From: Callorhinchus milii
Taxonomy: Eukaryota
Direction: 5' to 3'
Length of the DNA stretch: 64,000 nt
Assembly: GCF_018977255.1 (NCBI RefSeq)
Contig: NW_024704746.1
Coordinates: 68,200,001-68,264,000, forward strand
The position numbers and the translations under genes were made by a program. Under the pieces are notes generated by a model. It saw only the letters and a list, made by a program, of their open reading frames with translations, had not been told where the DNA came from and did not search any database. Numbering within the stretch: the stretch's first letter is position 1; each line of letters begins with the position of its first letter. Shown here in pieces: positions 35,301-47,300 of the stretch.

Positions 35301-35894
35301 GTTTGTTGTTTGTGTCTCATCAACCAGGGGAGTCATTTTTCACTGTGGCTCAGTGGTTGGAGCTCTCGCAAGCGATGGGACCCGGGTTCGATTCCTGGGC
35401 AGACAAAACATTAGGCAGTTTCCTTACTCCACGCGCCTCTGTTTACCCGGAGGTAAGTAGGAACCCAGTTGTTAGTCGATGGGCGGATCACTTTCCGGGG
35501 GTAATAATCCCTTCAAAAAATAAAATGTGGTCACTCAGCCCATTGGGGCATTGATGTGCGCAATTGGTCAACTCACTTCGCAGTATATCCTGCGAAGCGC
35601 TTTGAGACGTCTTGAAGGCGTGAGAAGGCGCTGTGTCAAACACAAGGGTTATTATTGTTATTATTAACGTGGTTTTGCCTCAGTGGGATTCTGCACAGTA
35701 GGCAGAACGGGGATGGACTGGGGCCCTGGGATCTCACTCCCAGACGGCGGAGTGTCTGATTAGATTATTTCCGAACAAATGCCGGTGGGATTCCAACACA
35801 CAATCGGGTGACATAACGTCCCCTTGTTCCCATTGTGGGCATTTCAATGGTCAAAAAAAAACATTAATAGAGGCACTCACTGTTTGCTCCGCGC

Positions 35895-36510
35895 AGTCAA
35901 TGCTGTTACTCACACACACACACACACACACACTCACATTCACACGCACAGTCACTGCTGTTACACACACACAGTCACTGCTGTTACACACACACAGTCA
36001 ATGCTGTTACACACACAGTCACTGCTGTTACACACACACAGTCACTGCTGTTACACACACACAGTCAATGCTGTTACACACACACAGTCAATGCTGTTAC
36101 ACACACACAGTCAGTGCTGTTACACACACACAGTCACTGCTGTTACACACACACAGTCAGTGCTGTTACACACACACAGTCAATGCTGTTACACACACAC
36201 AGTCACTGCTGTTACACACACACAGTCACTGCTGTTACACACACACAGTCAATGCTGTTACACACACACAGTCACTGCTGTTACACACACACAGTCAATG
36301 CTGTTACACACACACAGTCACTGCTGTTACACACACACAGTCAATGCTGTTACACACACACAGTCAATGCTGTTACACACACACAGTCAGTGCTGTTACA
36401 CACACACAGTCACTGCTGTTACACACACACAGTCAATGCTGCTACACACACACAGTCACTGCTGTTACACACACACAGTCACTGCTGTTACACACACACA
36501 GTCAGTGCTG
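35895..36510. repeat. ~21-23-bp CA-rich minisatellite
   Basis: Unit acacacacacagtca(c/a)tgctgtt. Confidence 0.95.
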
Positions 36511-36927
36511 ATATACACACACACAAGTACAGTTCAGTGCTGTTACTGTCACACACACATAAAAATAATCCTTGCATTTGATATAACGCCTTATCACGTC
36601 AGAAGGACGTCCCAAAGTGCTTCACGGAATATACTGTGGAATGGAGTGACGATGCAAATGCGGCAGCCGATTGATTCACACACACACAGAGTTATTTAAC
36701 CTCTTCGGTGGGCTCTCTTAGACAGATCACTCGCCTCTGAGTCAGACATTGGTAGCTTCAAGCCTCCCCCCACCTCCCCCATCCCCCACCACACGTCGGG
36801 ACTTTGAGCTCCGAGCCCAGGCAGACGCTCCAGTGCAGCACTGGGGGGAGAAAATAATAATAATAATAATAATAATAATAATCCTTGCATTTGATATAGC
36901 GCTTTTCACGTCGGGAGGACGTCCCCC

Positions 36928-36958
<31 letters not shown>

Positions 36959-37923
36959 CGCTGCATTGTCAGAGATGTCGTCCTTCGAAGAGACGTTAAA
37001 CCTCACTCCCTGTCTGTGCCCTGTTCAGGCGCACGTTAAAGATCCTCGAAGAGAGAAGGAAATTTTCGCTCTCTCACCCGGACAACAACCACAACAACAA
37101 CAACAAGATTACATTTGTATAGCGCCTTTCACGTCGGGACAACAATCCCCCTCCCCCAGATAAGATCACTTGCTCCCTCTACAACAGTTTGAGGGGACAT
37201 TGCAGTGTGCAACTTTGGCTGCTGCGAATTGCAAACAAAACACACAGTCATTACACTTTACAGCGAATCCTGTGAAGCGCTCTGAGACGTCCGCCTGACG
37301 TGAAAGGCGCTGTGTGAAATGCAAGGATTATTATGATGATGATGTCGATATCAGTCTGTGTCTCCCTCTCTCCCTCTCTCCCTCTCTCCCTCTCTCTCCC
37401 TCTCTCCCTGGGCACTTTGCGAATCGATTCCTCTCACAGAGACACTGTAGAGGAATGTGAAGGTGGTGTCTGGATTCTGTGAAACATTAAATTGTTCCCT
37501 CTATCTCTCACCCCCCAAGAACGTCACCACCAACCTTCCCATCCCGGGAGTGCGTAGGGGCTGTGACCACTCTAGTTTACATGCCGAATACCCTCCAGGT
37601 CTGTGATCTCTCAACAAACACACACACAGATCCACAGTGANNNNNNNNNNNNNNNNNNNNNNNNNNNNNNNNNNNNNNNNNNNNNNNNNNNNNNNNNNNN
37701 NNNNNNNNNNNNNNNNNNNNNNNNNNNNNNNNNNNNNNNNNNNNNNNNNNNNNNNNNNNNNNNNNNNNNNNNCCCACTGTACACATACACAGACTTGCAC
37801 TGCTATTGCCACCCCCTACAAACACACACATAGACACAGTGATACACACTGATATTGTCCCCACATACAGCACACACACGTATATACACACACGCGCACG
37901 CGCGCACACACAGCCCCTGTTAC

Positions 37924-38420
37924 CTGGCTCCACAGCACCGCCGGCTTTGCCCGATGGTAATTATTTTCTCTCTCTCCCTCGGCTCGCACAGACCGGTGGT
38001 TCTGCCCTGATGGTCCCAAAGCTCCGCTCCACTGAGCAAATTTCTTCAATAGCATCAGCTGTCTGTACCAGAGCCGGGCTGAACACTGGGAAACAGGCGG
38101 GAGGGGAGGGGAGGGGAGGGGGAGAGAGGAAGGAGAGGGTGGGAGCCAATTCAGCCCTCCCATTGTGTATGCACAGGACAAGTGGGGGGGGGGGGGGGGA
38201 GAGGAAAGTGCGGTGGGGAGGGTGGTGGGGGGGGGGGCAGAGAGAGACCGCTGCTCGTCTCCTCGCACAACTCGGCCGAGACGCGGAATGTACCAGAGTA
38301 CCGTGGACGGGAAAACGGCGCACATTACAACCGAGCCAAGCCGAGAGGTCAAAGGCTCCCAGCTCGTCTGCCAGCCAGCCAGACACGGGCAGCGGTAATC
38401 AGTTCCCCCGGCGCAATAAT
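37924..38420 (-). promoter_or_regulatory. GC/CpG-rich likely promoter and first exon of PRRT4
   Basis: Donor CAG|gtaac at 37924, CpG-rich sequence, G-runs, CCAAT. Confidence 0.45.
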
Positions 38421-38483
38421 CAATAACCTGGCCATTTTGGCGCACAGTTATGTCCCACATGCACAGCCACAAGGTGAATGTAC

Positions 38484-38835
38484 AGGCCTGTCGCTCAGTG
38501 GTTAGACCCCTCGCCTCGTAAGCGAGAGGACCCGGGTTCGAGCAGGACAAAACCTTGGGCAAGTTTCCTGACTCCACACGCCTCTGTTTACCAGCACTGA
38601 GTAGGAACCCGGTTGTTAATTGATGGACGGATCACTTTCTGGGGGTAATAATCCCTCCCAAAAACCTATATTTGGTCACTCAATCCACTAGTGTTTGTGT
38701 GGGACGCTGCTGTGGGCAATTGGCTGCCGCGTTTCACCCACAAAATACACAGGCAATTCACTTTAGTGTATATTCCGTGAAGCGCTTTGAGACATCTCGA
38801 AGATGTGATTTGGCGCTGTGTCAAACACAAGGATT
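38484..38835 (+). mobile_element. tRNA-derived SINE
   Basis: Family head, body and tail. Confidence 0.8.
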
Positions 38836-40184
38836 GGATGGGACGGCGAAGTTTGGTTTGGGGACAGAGCGTAAAAACAAAGGCATTTGGGAGATTGTTT
38901 GTGCCACAGTGATGAAGCCTGGAGGCAAGGCTGGGTCAATGTGGTGCCGTTTCCTCTCCAGCCTCCGCTCACAGTGATCATTAGCATCACAAAGCTTGGG
39001 GCAGGTCACACGTCAGTCAGCACAGGCCACACTGTTTGTCACTGTGTAAGGAGGTGAGGGTTTTCCTCCAGCTGTCCCCACTCCAGCGCTCGCTCCCCCC
39101 CACCCCCCTGTACAGACACACGCACCCCCCCCCCACTCCCCTTCCCTTTCAGACTTGTCTTTGTTGTTGATGAGTTTTCAGTCCGAGACCGATCTCATCG
39201 CCAATGACCTGCATGATAGAACTTGTCTGAAAAAACTCTGTTTCCCCGAGTGTGAGAAAATCTCCCATGTTGTGCCAGAACAATCCCGACACAAGTCCTG
39301 CCTCAGCTAATGTCAGCCCGAGCGAGCCGGGCACGAACACAGAGAGGGACGGAGGGAAAGAGGGTGTCAGAGAGACCGAGAGAGAGCGAGAGAGAGAGAG
39401 TTAGAGAGAAAGACAGAGAGGGTGTTTGTGTGTCAGAGAGAGACAGAGAGAGAAAATGTGTTAGAAAGACAAGAGTTGTGTGTGTCTGAGAGACAGACAG
39501 AGAGAGTGTGTGTGTGTGTGTCAGAGAGTCAGACAGAGAGAAAGTGTCAGAGTGTCAGAGATAGAGAGAGACAAAGAGTGAGTGTGTCAGAGAGAAAGAG
39601 ACGAGTATCAGAGAAACAAAGCGAGAGAGTGTCTGTCTCTCTCTCTCTGACATTTTCTCGCTGATACACTCTCTCACGCCTCTGTTTACCCAGCAGTAAG
39701 TAGGATCCCACTTGTTAGTCGATGGGCGGATCGCTTTCCGGGATAATAATCCCTTAAAAAAAACGATAGTAATCTGATCAATGAATCCACGACTGTCTGT
39801 GGGACGCTGCTGTGCACGATTGGCTGCCACATTTCATCCACAAAACACACAGTCAATTCATTTTACAATATATCCGGTGAAGCGCTGTGAGATGTCTCAA
39901 CGACGTGATTAGCCGCTGCGTCAAATGCAACTGCTATATTATTATTAATGTGGTGAGAAAGGGAGTGTGGAGTAACTGATGTGTCCACACAAAGGCACTG
40001 TTCCCTGTTTCTCTCACTCTACACTGTATACTGAGCTGTGAATGGGGTCAGTGAGTTTATTGTTTTACATAACAGGTTTAGAGATCTGCTCTCAATACGA
40101 AGGGCAGTTACCACTGTACAGTTTCTGGTGCCTGTGTTTGTGTCACTGCTGGATCTCTGGGTCAGTCTGACAGGTATCTCTCTC

Positions 40185-40216
<32 letters not shown>

Positions 40217-41493
40217 GGAGAGACAGAGTGTGGGTGTGAGAGAGTGTGTNNNNNNNNNNNNNNNNNNNNNNNNNNNNNNNNNNNNNNNNNNNNNNNNNNN
40301 NNNNNNNNNNNNNNNNNNNNNNNNNNNNNNNNNNNNNNNNNNNNNNNNNNNNNNNNNNNNNNNNNNNNNNNNNNNNNNNNNNNNNNNNNNNNNNNNNNNN
40401 NNNNNNNNNNNNNNNNNNNNNNNNNNTCCAGCGCAGATGTGATGGGCAGACGGTAAACTCCCAAACTGTTAAACTCTCTCTCTGATGCTGTGAATATTAA
40501 TTTTCTCTCTTCCGCAGTACAGTACAGATCCCCTCCTCGCTTCCCTTCTTGTTGTTCCATCTTGGAGATGTGAGTGCTACGTTCCTCCTCGGATATGTTC
40601 TCCGCGTAGGAGCCCAGGAGGGATTGGGTCCATCCAGCCCACCGCGCCGGTTTAGATCAGGAGATTCGTCAGACAGAAGGGCCGAGGTTGCGTTTGCTCA
40701 AATAGTGAGCGTTTGCACTTTACTGTAGCGTAGTGGTTAGCTCGCTCGCCTCGCAAGTGAGAGGACCCGGGTTCGATTCCTGAGGGGGGCAAAACCTTGG
40801 GCAAGTTTCCTTACTCCACACGCCTCTCCCACCATCGTGTCCGTGCTGGTGCTCGCTCCCCCCACTGGAGCTCTCTACTCTAATCCCAGAAAAAAAATTA
40901 CTCGCGCACTTCAAGGCTAGTTATGGGAACGTTGCTGTGTGCAAATTGCCTGATGTATTGGCTCTTCCAACAGTATAGGAAGACGAAAAAAAGACCAAGG
41001 TCCATCTAGTTCACCTTCTACCATCCTGGTAGTCACTTGCCACAGCAAAGGAGGTGTTGATAGCAATGAATCCTGTTATGGATTAGTCCACAACACAGTG
41101 GAAAGCTTTGGGAACCTTAGACCCAAAGTTGCCTGGTTCTTCCAAGCTGTATGTTTTGTGGGCGAAAGGCGGCAGCCAATTGCGCACAGCAATTAAGGAT
41201 CAAAAATCTATCTCATGTGTCACATTAGTCACATAGAAGTGAATAAATAATCAGACTTTTAATCGTTAAATCCACAACTGTTTGCGGGGACACTGCTATG
41301 GGCAATTGGCTGCTGCATTTTCCCCACAGTCACTACACTTTACAGTGTATCCTGTGAAGCGCTTTGAGACACCTCAAAGACGTGATAAGGCGTTGTGTCA
41401 AATGCCAGTATTATTATTGTTGTTGTTGTTATTATTATAGCAGTATTGAAGACGAGGCCCAGTGATTGAGCTTCTCATTTGCTACAGCTGGAG

Positions 41494-42899
41494 ATGAAGC
41501 GTCTCATCCAGACGTCTGTCTCTGAAGGGGTGACGGTGACCAGACTGTCCAGCTCCATCACCCTGCACCGGAGCCCGGCCCAGCCCCCACCGGCCAGCCC
41601 GAGGTGGGGAGATCGACAGTCTAAACCCCTGCTGCTGCTGCTGCCCTGGCTTGGAGCCCAGCCCCACTCCGTGGAGAGGTAACCCTGTAGCGTAGTAGTT
41701 AAAGCGCACACCTCGCAAGCCAGAGGACCCGGGTTTGATTCCCGAGGAGGGCGAAACCTTAGGCCAGTTTCCTCATTCCACGCGCCTCTGTTTACCAGCA
41801 GTAAGTAGGACCCTGGTTGATAATCGATTGGTGGATCCCTTTTCTGGGGGGAAATATCCCCTAAAAAAAATAATAATTCGGTCACTCAATCCACGACCGT
41901 TTGTGAGACACTGCTGTGCGCAATTGGCCACAAAATATATAGTCACTGCACTTTACACTTTACAGAGGCGTCTCAACGAACTGATAAGGCGCTGCGTAAA
42001 TGTAATTTGTTGTTGTTGTTGTTGTTGAGGTACCGGCAGATCTATTACCCTGAGGGCTATGACGTGCTGACGGTGGAGAGCTGTCTGGGACACTTCCTGT
42101 GGCCTGGGCGGGGGCTGAGCCACGCTGCCCGTGTGCTGGAGCTCCTACAGAGCGAGCGCTTTGCCTCGCGCCCCCTCCTCCTCCACGCCATCTCCCTGGG
42201 GGGCTACACCTTCAGCCAGATGATGATCCTCACCCTGAGGGACCCCTCGCTCCACACCGCCTTCAGTCAGCGCCTCACCGGCCAAATCTACGACAGTCTG
42301 GTGATCGGGAGCCTGGAGAGGATGGCGAAAGGTTAGCGTCCATTTCCCGAAACTCTGGAACTCTCTCCCTCAATCCCTCTGGCTGGCCCCCTCCCTCCCT
42401 CCCCCCCTCCTTCCCTCCCTCCCTCCCCCCCTCCCCTCGACGTGCTGTACCGGCCGAGCTCCAGGACTCCACAGTGAGTCCCCTGCACTCGAGTGGCCCG
42501 GACTCCAGCTAACCTTCTCGTCTCCTGATTCCAGGTGTTTCCCAGATGTTGTCCCATTCCCGGCTGGAGCCGCTGGTCAGGCGTTTGGTGCTCCTGTACT
42601 TCGGCCTGTTTGCCGGCAGCACCGTGCGGCACTACCGCACTGCAGTGGAGGTCTTCCGGAAGCTTCCGTGCCGGGCCCCGGCCCTGGTCTTCTCCTGCGG
42701 GGACGACCCGCTGAGCGAATGGCCCGAGCTGGAGGGGCTGCTGCAGAGCTGGCGGGGGAAGGGTTTGGCGGTGCGCAGCAAACACTGGGCACGATCCCGG
42801 CACGCCGGCCACCTCCGCCAACACCCCCGGGAATACCGGGAAACACTGCGCAGCTTCCTGCAGTCGCTCGGAGGCTTGCGCTTGGCAGCCAAGTTATAG
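41494..42899 (+). CDS. TMEM53-like / DUF829 alpha-beta hydrolase-fold protein (~283 aa) with C-terminal AKL
   Basis: Exons 41494-41678, 42030-42331, 42535-42899 in frame; motifs PLLLLLPWLGA, LLLHAISLGG, IYDS, DDPL, SRHAGHLRQHPREY; acceptor at 41488 implies upstream exon(s). Confidence 0.82.
41679..42029 (+). mobile_element. Full-length tRNA-derived SINE coinciding exactly with an intron
   Basis: Head starts at the GT donor, (TTG)n tail ends at the AG acceptor, GAGGTA at both ends. Confidence 0.88.
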
Positions 42900-43290
42900 A
42901 CAGGATCGAGCGGCGGTGGGTGTGTAACACAGGAACAGGAGAAATAATACAATAATAGTCCTTGCGTTTGACACGGCGCCTGATCCCATCGTCGAGACGT
43001 CTCACAGCGCTTCACACGATACAATGTAAAGTGTAGTGACTGTGTATTTTGTCGGCCAAATGCGGCAGCCAGTTGCGCACAGCAGCGTCCCCACAAACAG
43101 TTGTTGCTTGAGTGACCGCAGTATTTATTGTTATACGCTGTATGTTTTTTTTAGGGGATTATAATCCCCGGAAAAGCGATCCGCCAATCAACTAACAACC
43201 GGGTTCCTATGGCTCGTGTGGAGTGAGGAGACTTGCCTAAGGTTTTGCTCCGCCCGGGAATCAAACCCGGGTTTCTCCCACTGTCCACAA

Positions 43291-43595
43291 GGAGTCCTGT
43301 AGCTCAGTGGTTAGAGCACTCGCTTTGCAAGTGAGAGACCTGAGTTCAATTCCAGGCAGAGGGCGAAACCTTGGGCAAGTTTCCTTACTCCACACAGAGC
43401 CTAATAATAATCCTCCAAAACCAAAAACAATAATAAATTGGTCATTTTCAATCTACGACACTTTGTGGGACATTGCTGTGCGCAATTGGCTGCCGCGTTC
43501 GCCCACAAATATACAGTCAATTCACTTTACAGTGTGTTCTGTGAAGCGCTTTGGGACGTCCTCCCGACGTGAAAAGCGCTATATCAAATGCGAGG

Positions 43596-43627
<32 letters not shown>
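43291..43627 (+). mobile_element. tRNA-derived SINE, full length
   Basis: ggagtcctgtagctcagtgg head to (att)n tail; head-to-head with a minus copy at ~42950-43275. Confidence 0.85.
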
Positions 43628-44346
43628 AGATTATTATTGTTGTTATTATTGTTATTTGTTCTGGGCAAATCTCAATTGACAAACTGTTCATTTTTATTTA
43701 AAAATGCATTCATTAATTTGATTCTTTTTTGGTATTATTTAAAGATTTGTGCTTTGGGGGAGAGCGTTGGTGGGGGTGGGGGGGGAGTGGGGGGGTGGGG
43801 CGCGAGTACAATAACAACAACTTCTATTTACACAGCGCCCCTCACGCAGGGCAGCGTCCCAGAGCGCTTGACAGTGGGGGAGCATAACACCGAGCCGGGG
43901 TGGGGGGGGGGGGACGAAGGAGGGGGGAGGGGGAGGTGACAGTAGGCTCGGTTGAAGAGGAAGGTCTTTATGTGTGACCTGAATATTGGGGAGAAAAGCG
44001 GCAAGGCAGAGGTTTGGGGGTGACTGTGGAACAAGAGGACACGGGGGACAAGCAGGAGGCCCGACCGAGCCAGTGGAGCGGAGGCAGTGGGCTGCGGGTT
44101 GGGGAGTAAGCAGATCGGAGAGGTAGGGAGGTGTCAGGGTGGGAAGGGATTTGAAGACCAGGGTGAGGATCTTGAAATCGAAGAGGGCAAACGGGTGGGG
44201 GAGAGGGCTGGAGGTGGGGGGGGAGAGCAGCTGACAGTGACCCCCTCCCTCCCGTACTGACATCAGGTCTGTCTGTGACCTCACTCACACACATCAATCA
44301 AACTCCAGTGTCCTTGTGGGACCGATGACGTCTCAGAGTGGGGTGG

Positions 44347-47300
44347 ATGCTCAAAGCCCCAGCCATGCTCAATGCTGAATGGCCGTGTTTGCAATCGGAG
44401 AAGCCAGGGCAGGGGACCGCGGAGATCAGCTGCCCCGAAGCTGCCGCCTGGCACGCTCCCCGCTCTGTCCCGGCAATGCTGCCCCATGACTCGGTGAAGG
44501 TGGGTTTGGTCAGCCCATGTGGTGACTATCTGACCGCACAGAGCAACGGCACCGGAGTGAAGTTAGACAAAACCGAACTGGGCGCCAATCAGGTGATTGA
44601 TTCAGCAATAATAATATAATAATAATAGCAACAACATAAATAAGCCTTACATTTGATTTAGTGCTTTTTCGTGTCTTTGAGACAACAACAAACACAAAAT
44701 GACATTTGTATAGAGCCTTTCGCGTCGGGAGGACTTTCCGAGGCGTTTCACAGAATATATTGTAAAGTGGATTGACTGACTTGGCATTTTTTGAGCAAAA
44801 CGGGGCAGCCAATTGCGTACAGCAGTGAAAGTGATCCGTCAATCGACTAACAACTGGGTTTCTACTCACTCCGAGGTAAATAGAGGCACGTGGAGTGAGG
44901 AAACTTAATGATCCTGCCCGGGAATCAAACCCAGGTCCTGTCGCTTGTGAGGTGAGCGCTCTAACCAATGAGCTACAGGACTCCATGATGGTTGAGTGGA
45001 GCTCACACTTATTTTTGTTGGCAGTAATGAAAGATTAATTTCAGGATCTCGACGACCGAGCCAGAGAGGAGCCGCGCTAATCTGATGTCGCTGTCAACAG
45101 GAGTTGGTTCATAGCCTGTTGTGTGAAATTTTCATTGCGGGTTCTTTGGTCTTGAATTAGTACAAGTACATAATAGTAACCCGCTGGGTACAGTGTTTCT
45201 TTCCATCACAGCCATTATCATCACCATTAAATAATCTGTAGCTGAATCATTTACAGCAATGAGATGTTGGGAGGTGTGTGGGTGGTAATGCAACCCATCT
45301 CAACATGGATTCCTGACGTCTTGTAAATACCCAGTCTTGCTGCCAACTAGATTATTATTATAATAATATTATTTGGATAGATTATTACCGGCATGCCCTT
45401 GCATTACAGAGAAGCCTGCCTCAGCGTAGCGGCTGAAAGCGAGGCCACCGATGGTGGAACCGAGGGCACGGGGGACAAGCAGGAGGCCGGAGCCAGTCGA
45501 GCGGAGGCAGCGGGTAGTGGGTTGGGGGGTAAGCAGGTCGGAGGGAGGTGCCTGGGCATGAAGGGATCTGAAAATGAGTGCTAGGATCTTGAAATCGATC
45601 CATTCGGCGATAGGGAGGCTGTCAAGGACTGGTGTGATGGGGGTACGGAGTTTGGCACAGGAATTCTCTCTCACTCCCTCTGCTCTCTCTCTCTCTCTTG
45701 CTCTCTCGGGCAGGTCTGGGATGTGAAGGTGAAGTCCACGGAAGGATGCCAGACCCTGGTGGAGCTGAAGGGACCACATGGGCTTTCCCTGACCACTGAT
45801 GACATGGGTCAGGTCAAGTGTGGAGTCACGTGCTCCAACGCCAACATCTTCTTCCTGGAGACACAGTGTAACGGAACCTGGGTGTTCCGCTCGCTCAAGT
45901 TCGGGACCTACCTGGAGATGTTGGAGAACGAGGTGACCTGTTTGATGAAGACCCCCACCAAGTGCTCCATGTGGACCCCACACCTGGCCATCCACCCCCA
46001 TGTTGTCCTCTATCACCTCGAGACCAAGTGCTATACTCGCCTTCTCCCCGCACAGCACCAGCTCTGCACAGACTCCCCTTTGCCTCACTCCAATGAGTTC
46101 AACTTTATCCTGCACTTTGAAAAGGGCAAGTACCACCTCCAGACCAGTGACCTTCGCTATCTGTCCTTGGATGACCAGCTCCTCAGTAAGAGGTCCAAGA
46201 TGACCGCCTTCTCTCTGCACCTGAGGCCGGGCAACATGGTGTCCTTCCACGCTGCTCACCAGAGGGTGCTCTACCCCCATGGACGGACTGGGATTCTGAC
46301 TGTAGGGTCAAACCCCCCGGATTTGTTCCAGTATTTCGCCCTGAAGAAGAGCAAGCCTTGGGTCAGCATGAAGACCGCCTCCAAGAATTACCTGTCCGTC
46401 AACTACGGTGAGAAAGTTGGGTGGTATTTTCCATTCCTAGAATCCTGTTCTTTTTCTCCCCCCCACATCGTGTCTGTGCTGGGGCTCGCTCCCCCACTGG
46501 AGTTCTCTACTCTATTCCTGTAGCTCAGTGGTTAGACCACTCGCCTTGCAAGCGAAAGGATCTGGGTTTGATTCCTGGGCAGGTTCCCCTTACTCCACAC
46601 TCCTCTGTTTACCCAGCAGTAAGTAGTAACCCAGTTGTTTGTCAATTGGTGGATCGCTTTCTGGGAGGGTAATAATCCCTCCAACAAAAATGTGGTCACT
46701 CAATCCACGGCTGTTTGTGGGGACGCTGCTGTGCGCAATCGGCTGCCGCGTTTCACCCACAAAATACAGTTAATCCAGTTTGCAGTATATTCCGTGAAGC
46801 GCTTTGAGACGTCTTGAGAAGGTGCTGTATCAAATGCAAGGATAGTTAGTTAAACAGTATGTGTTGGTGACATTTCTCCCCCAGGGGTGGAGATCTACGC
46901 TCGCTTTGACCATCTCACACGGCTCTCCGTGTTTCAGTTTGAAGCGACGCAGAAAGGGGAGATGGTGAGACTTCGATCCTCCGACAATCAGCTCCTCGCT
47001 CAGGTAATGTTCATCTCACAGTCTTCACCCCTCACTCAGCGAACTTCACTCCTCTCCCTTTCAAAACTGCCAGCATGGAGTCCTGTAGCTCAGCGGTTAG
47101 AGCACTCGCCTCGCAAGCGAGAGGACCCGGGTTTGATTCCCGGGCAGGTCAGGGCGAAACCTGGGGCGTTTCCTCACTCCACACACACACACACACGCGC
47201 GCGCGCCTCTGTTTACCAGCAGTGAGTAGGAACCCGGTTGTTAGGCGACTGGCGGATTGCTTTCTGATGGGTAATAATCTCTCCAAGAAAAAAAGAATAA

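Noticed and set aside
35824-36699. His/Thr-rich ORFs
   Set aside because: Translation of a CA-rich minisatellite.
43291-43365. tRNA-Ala-like sequences here and at many other sites
   Set aside because: These are SINE heads that run into SINE bodies; no proper acceptor stem or Pol III terminator seen.
45369-46280. 303-aa minus-strand ORF
   Set aside because: Antisense shadow of FSCN3 exon 2 plus an L2 fragment.
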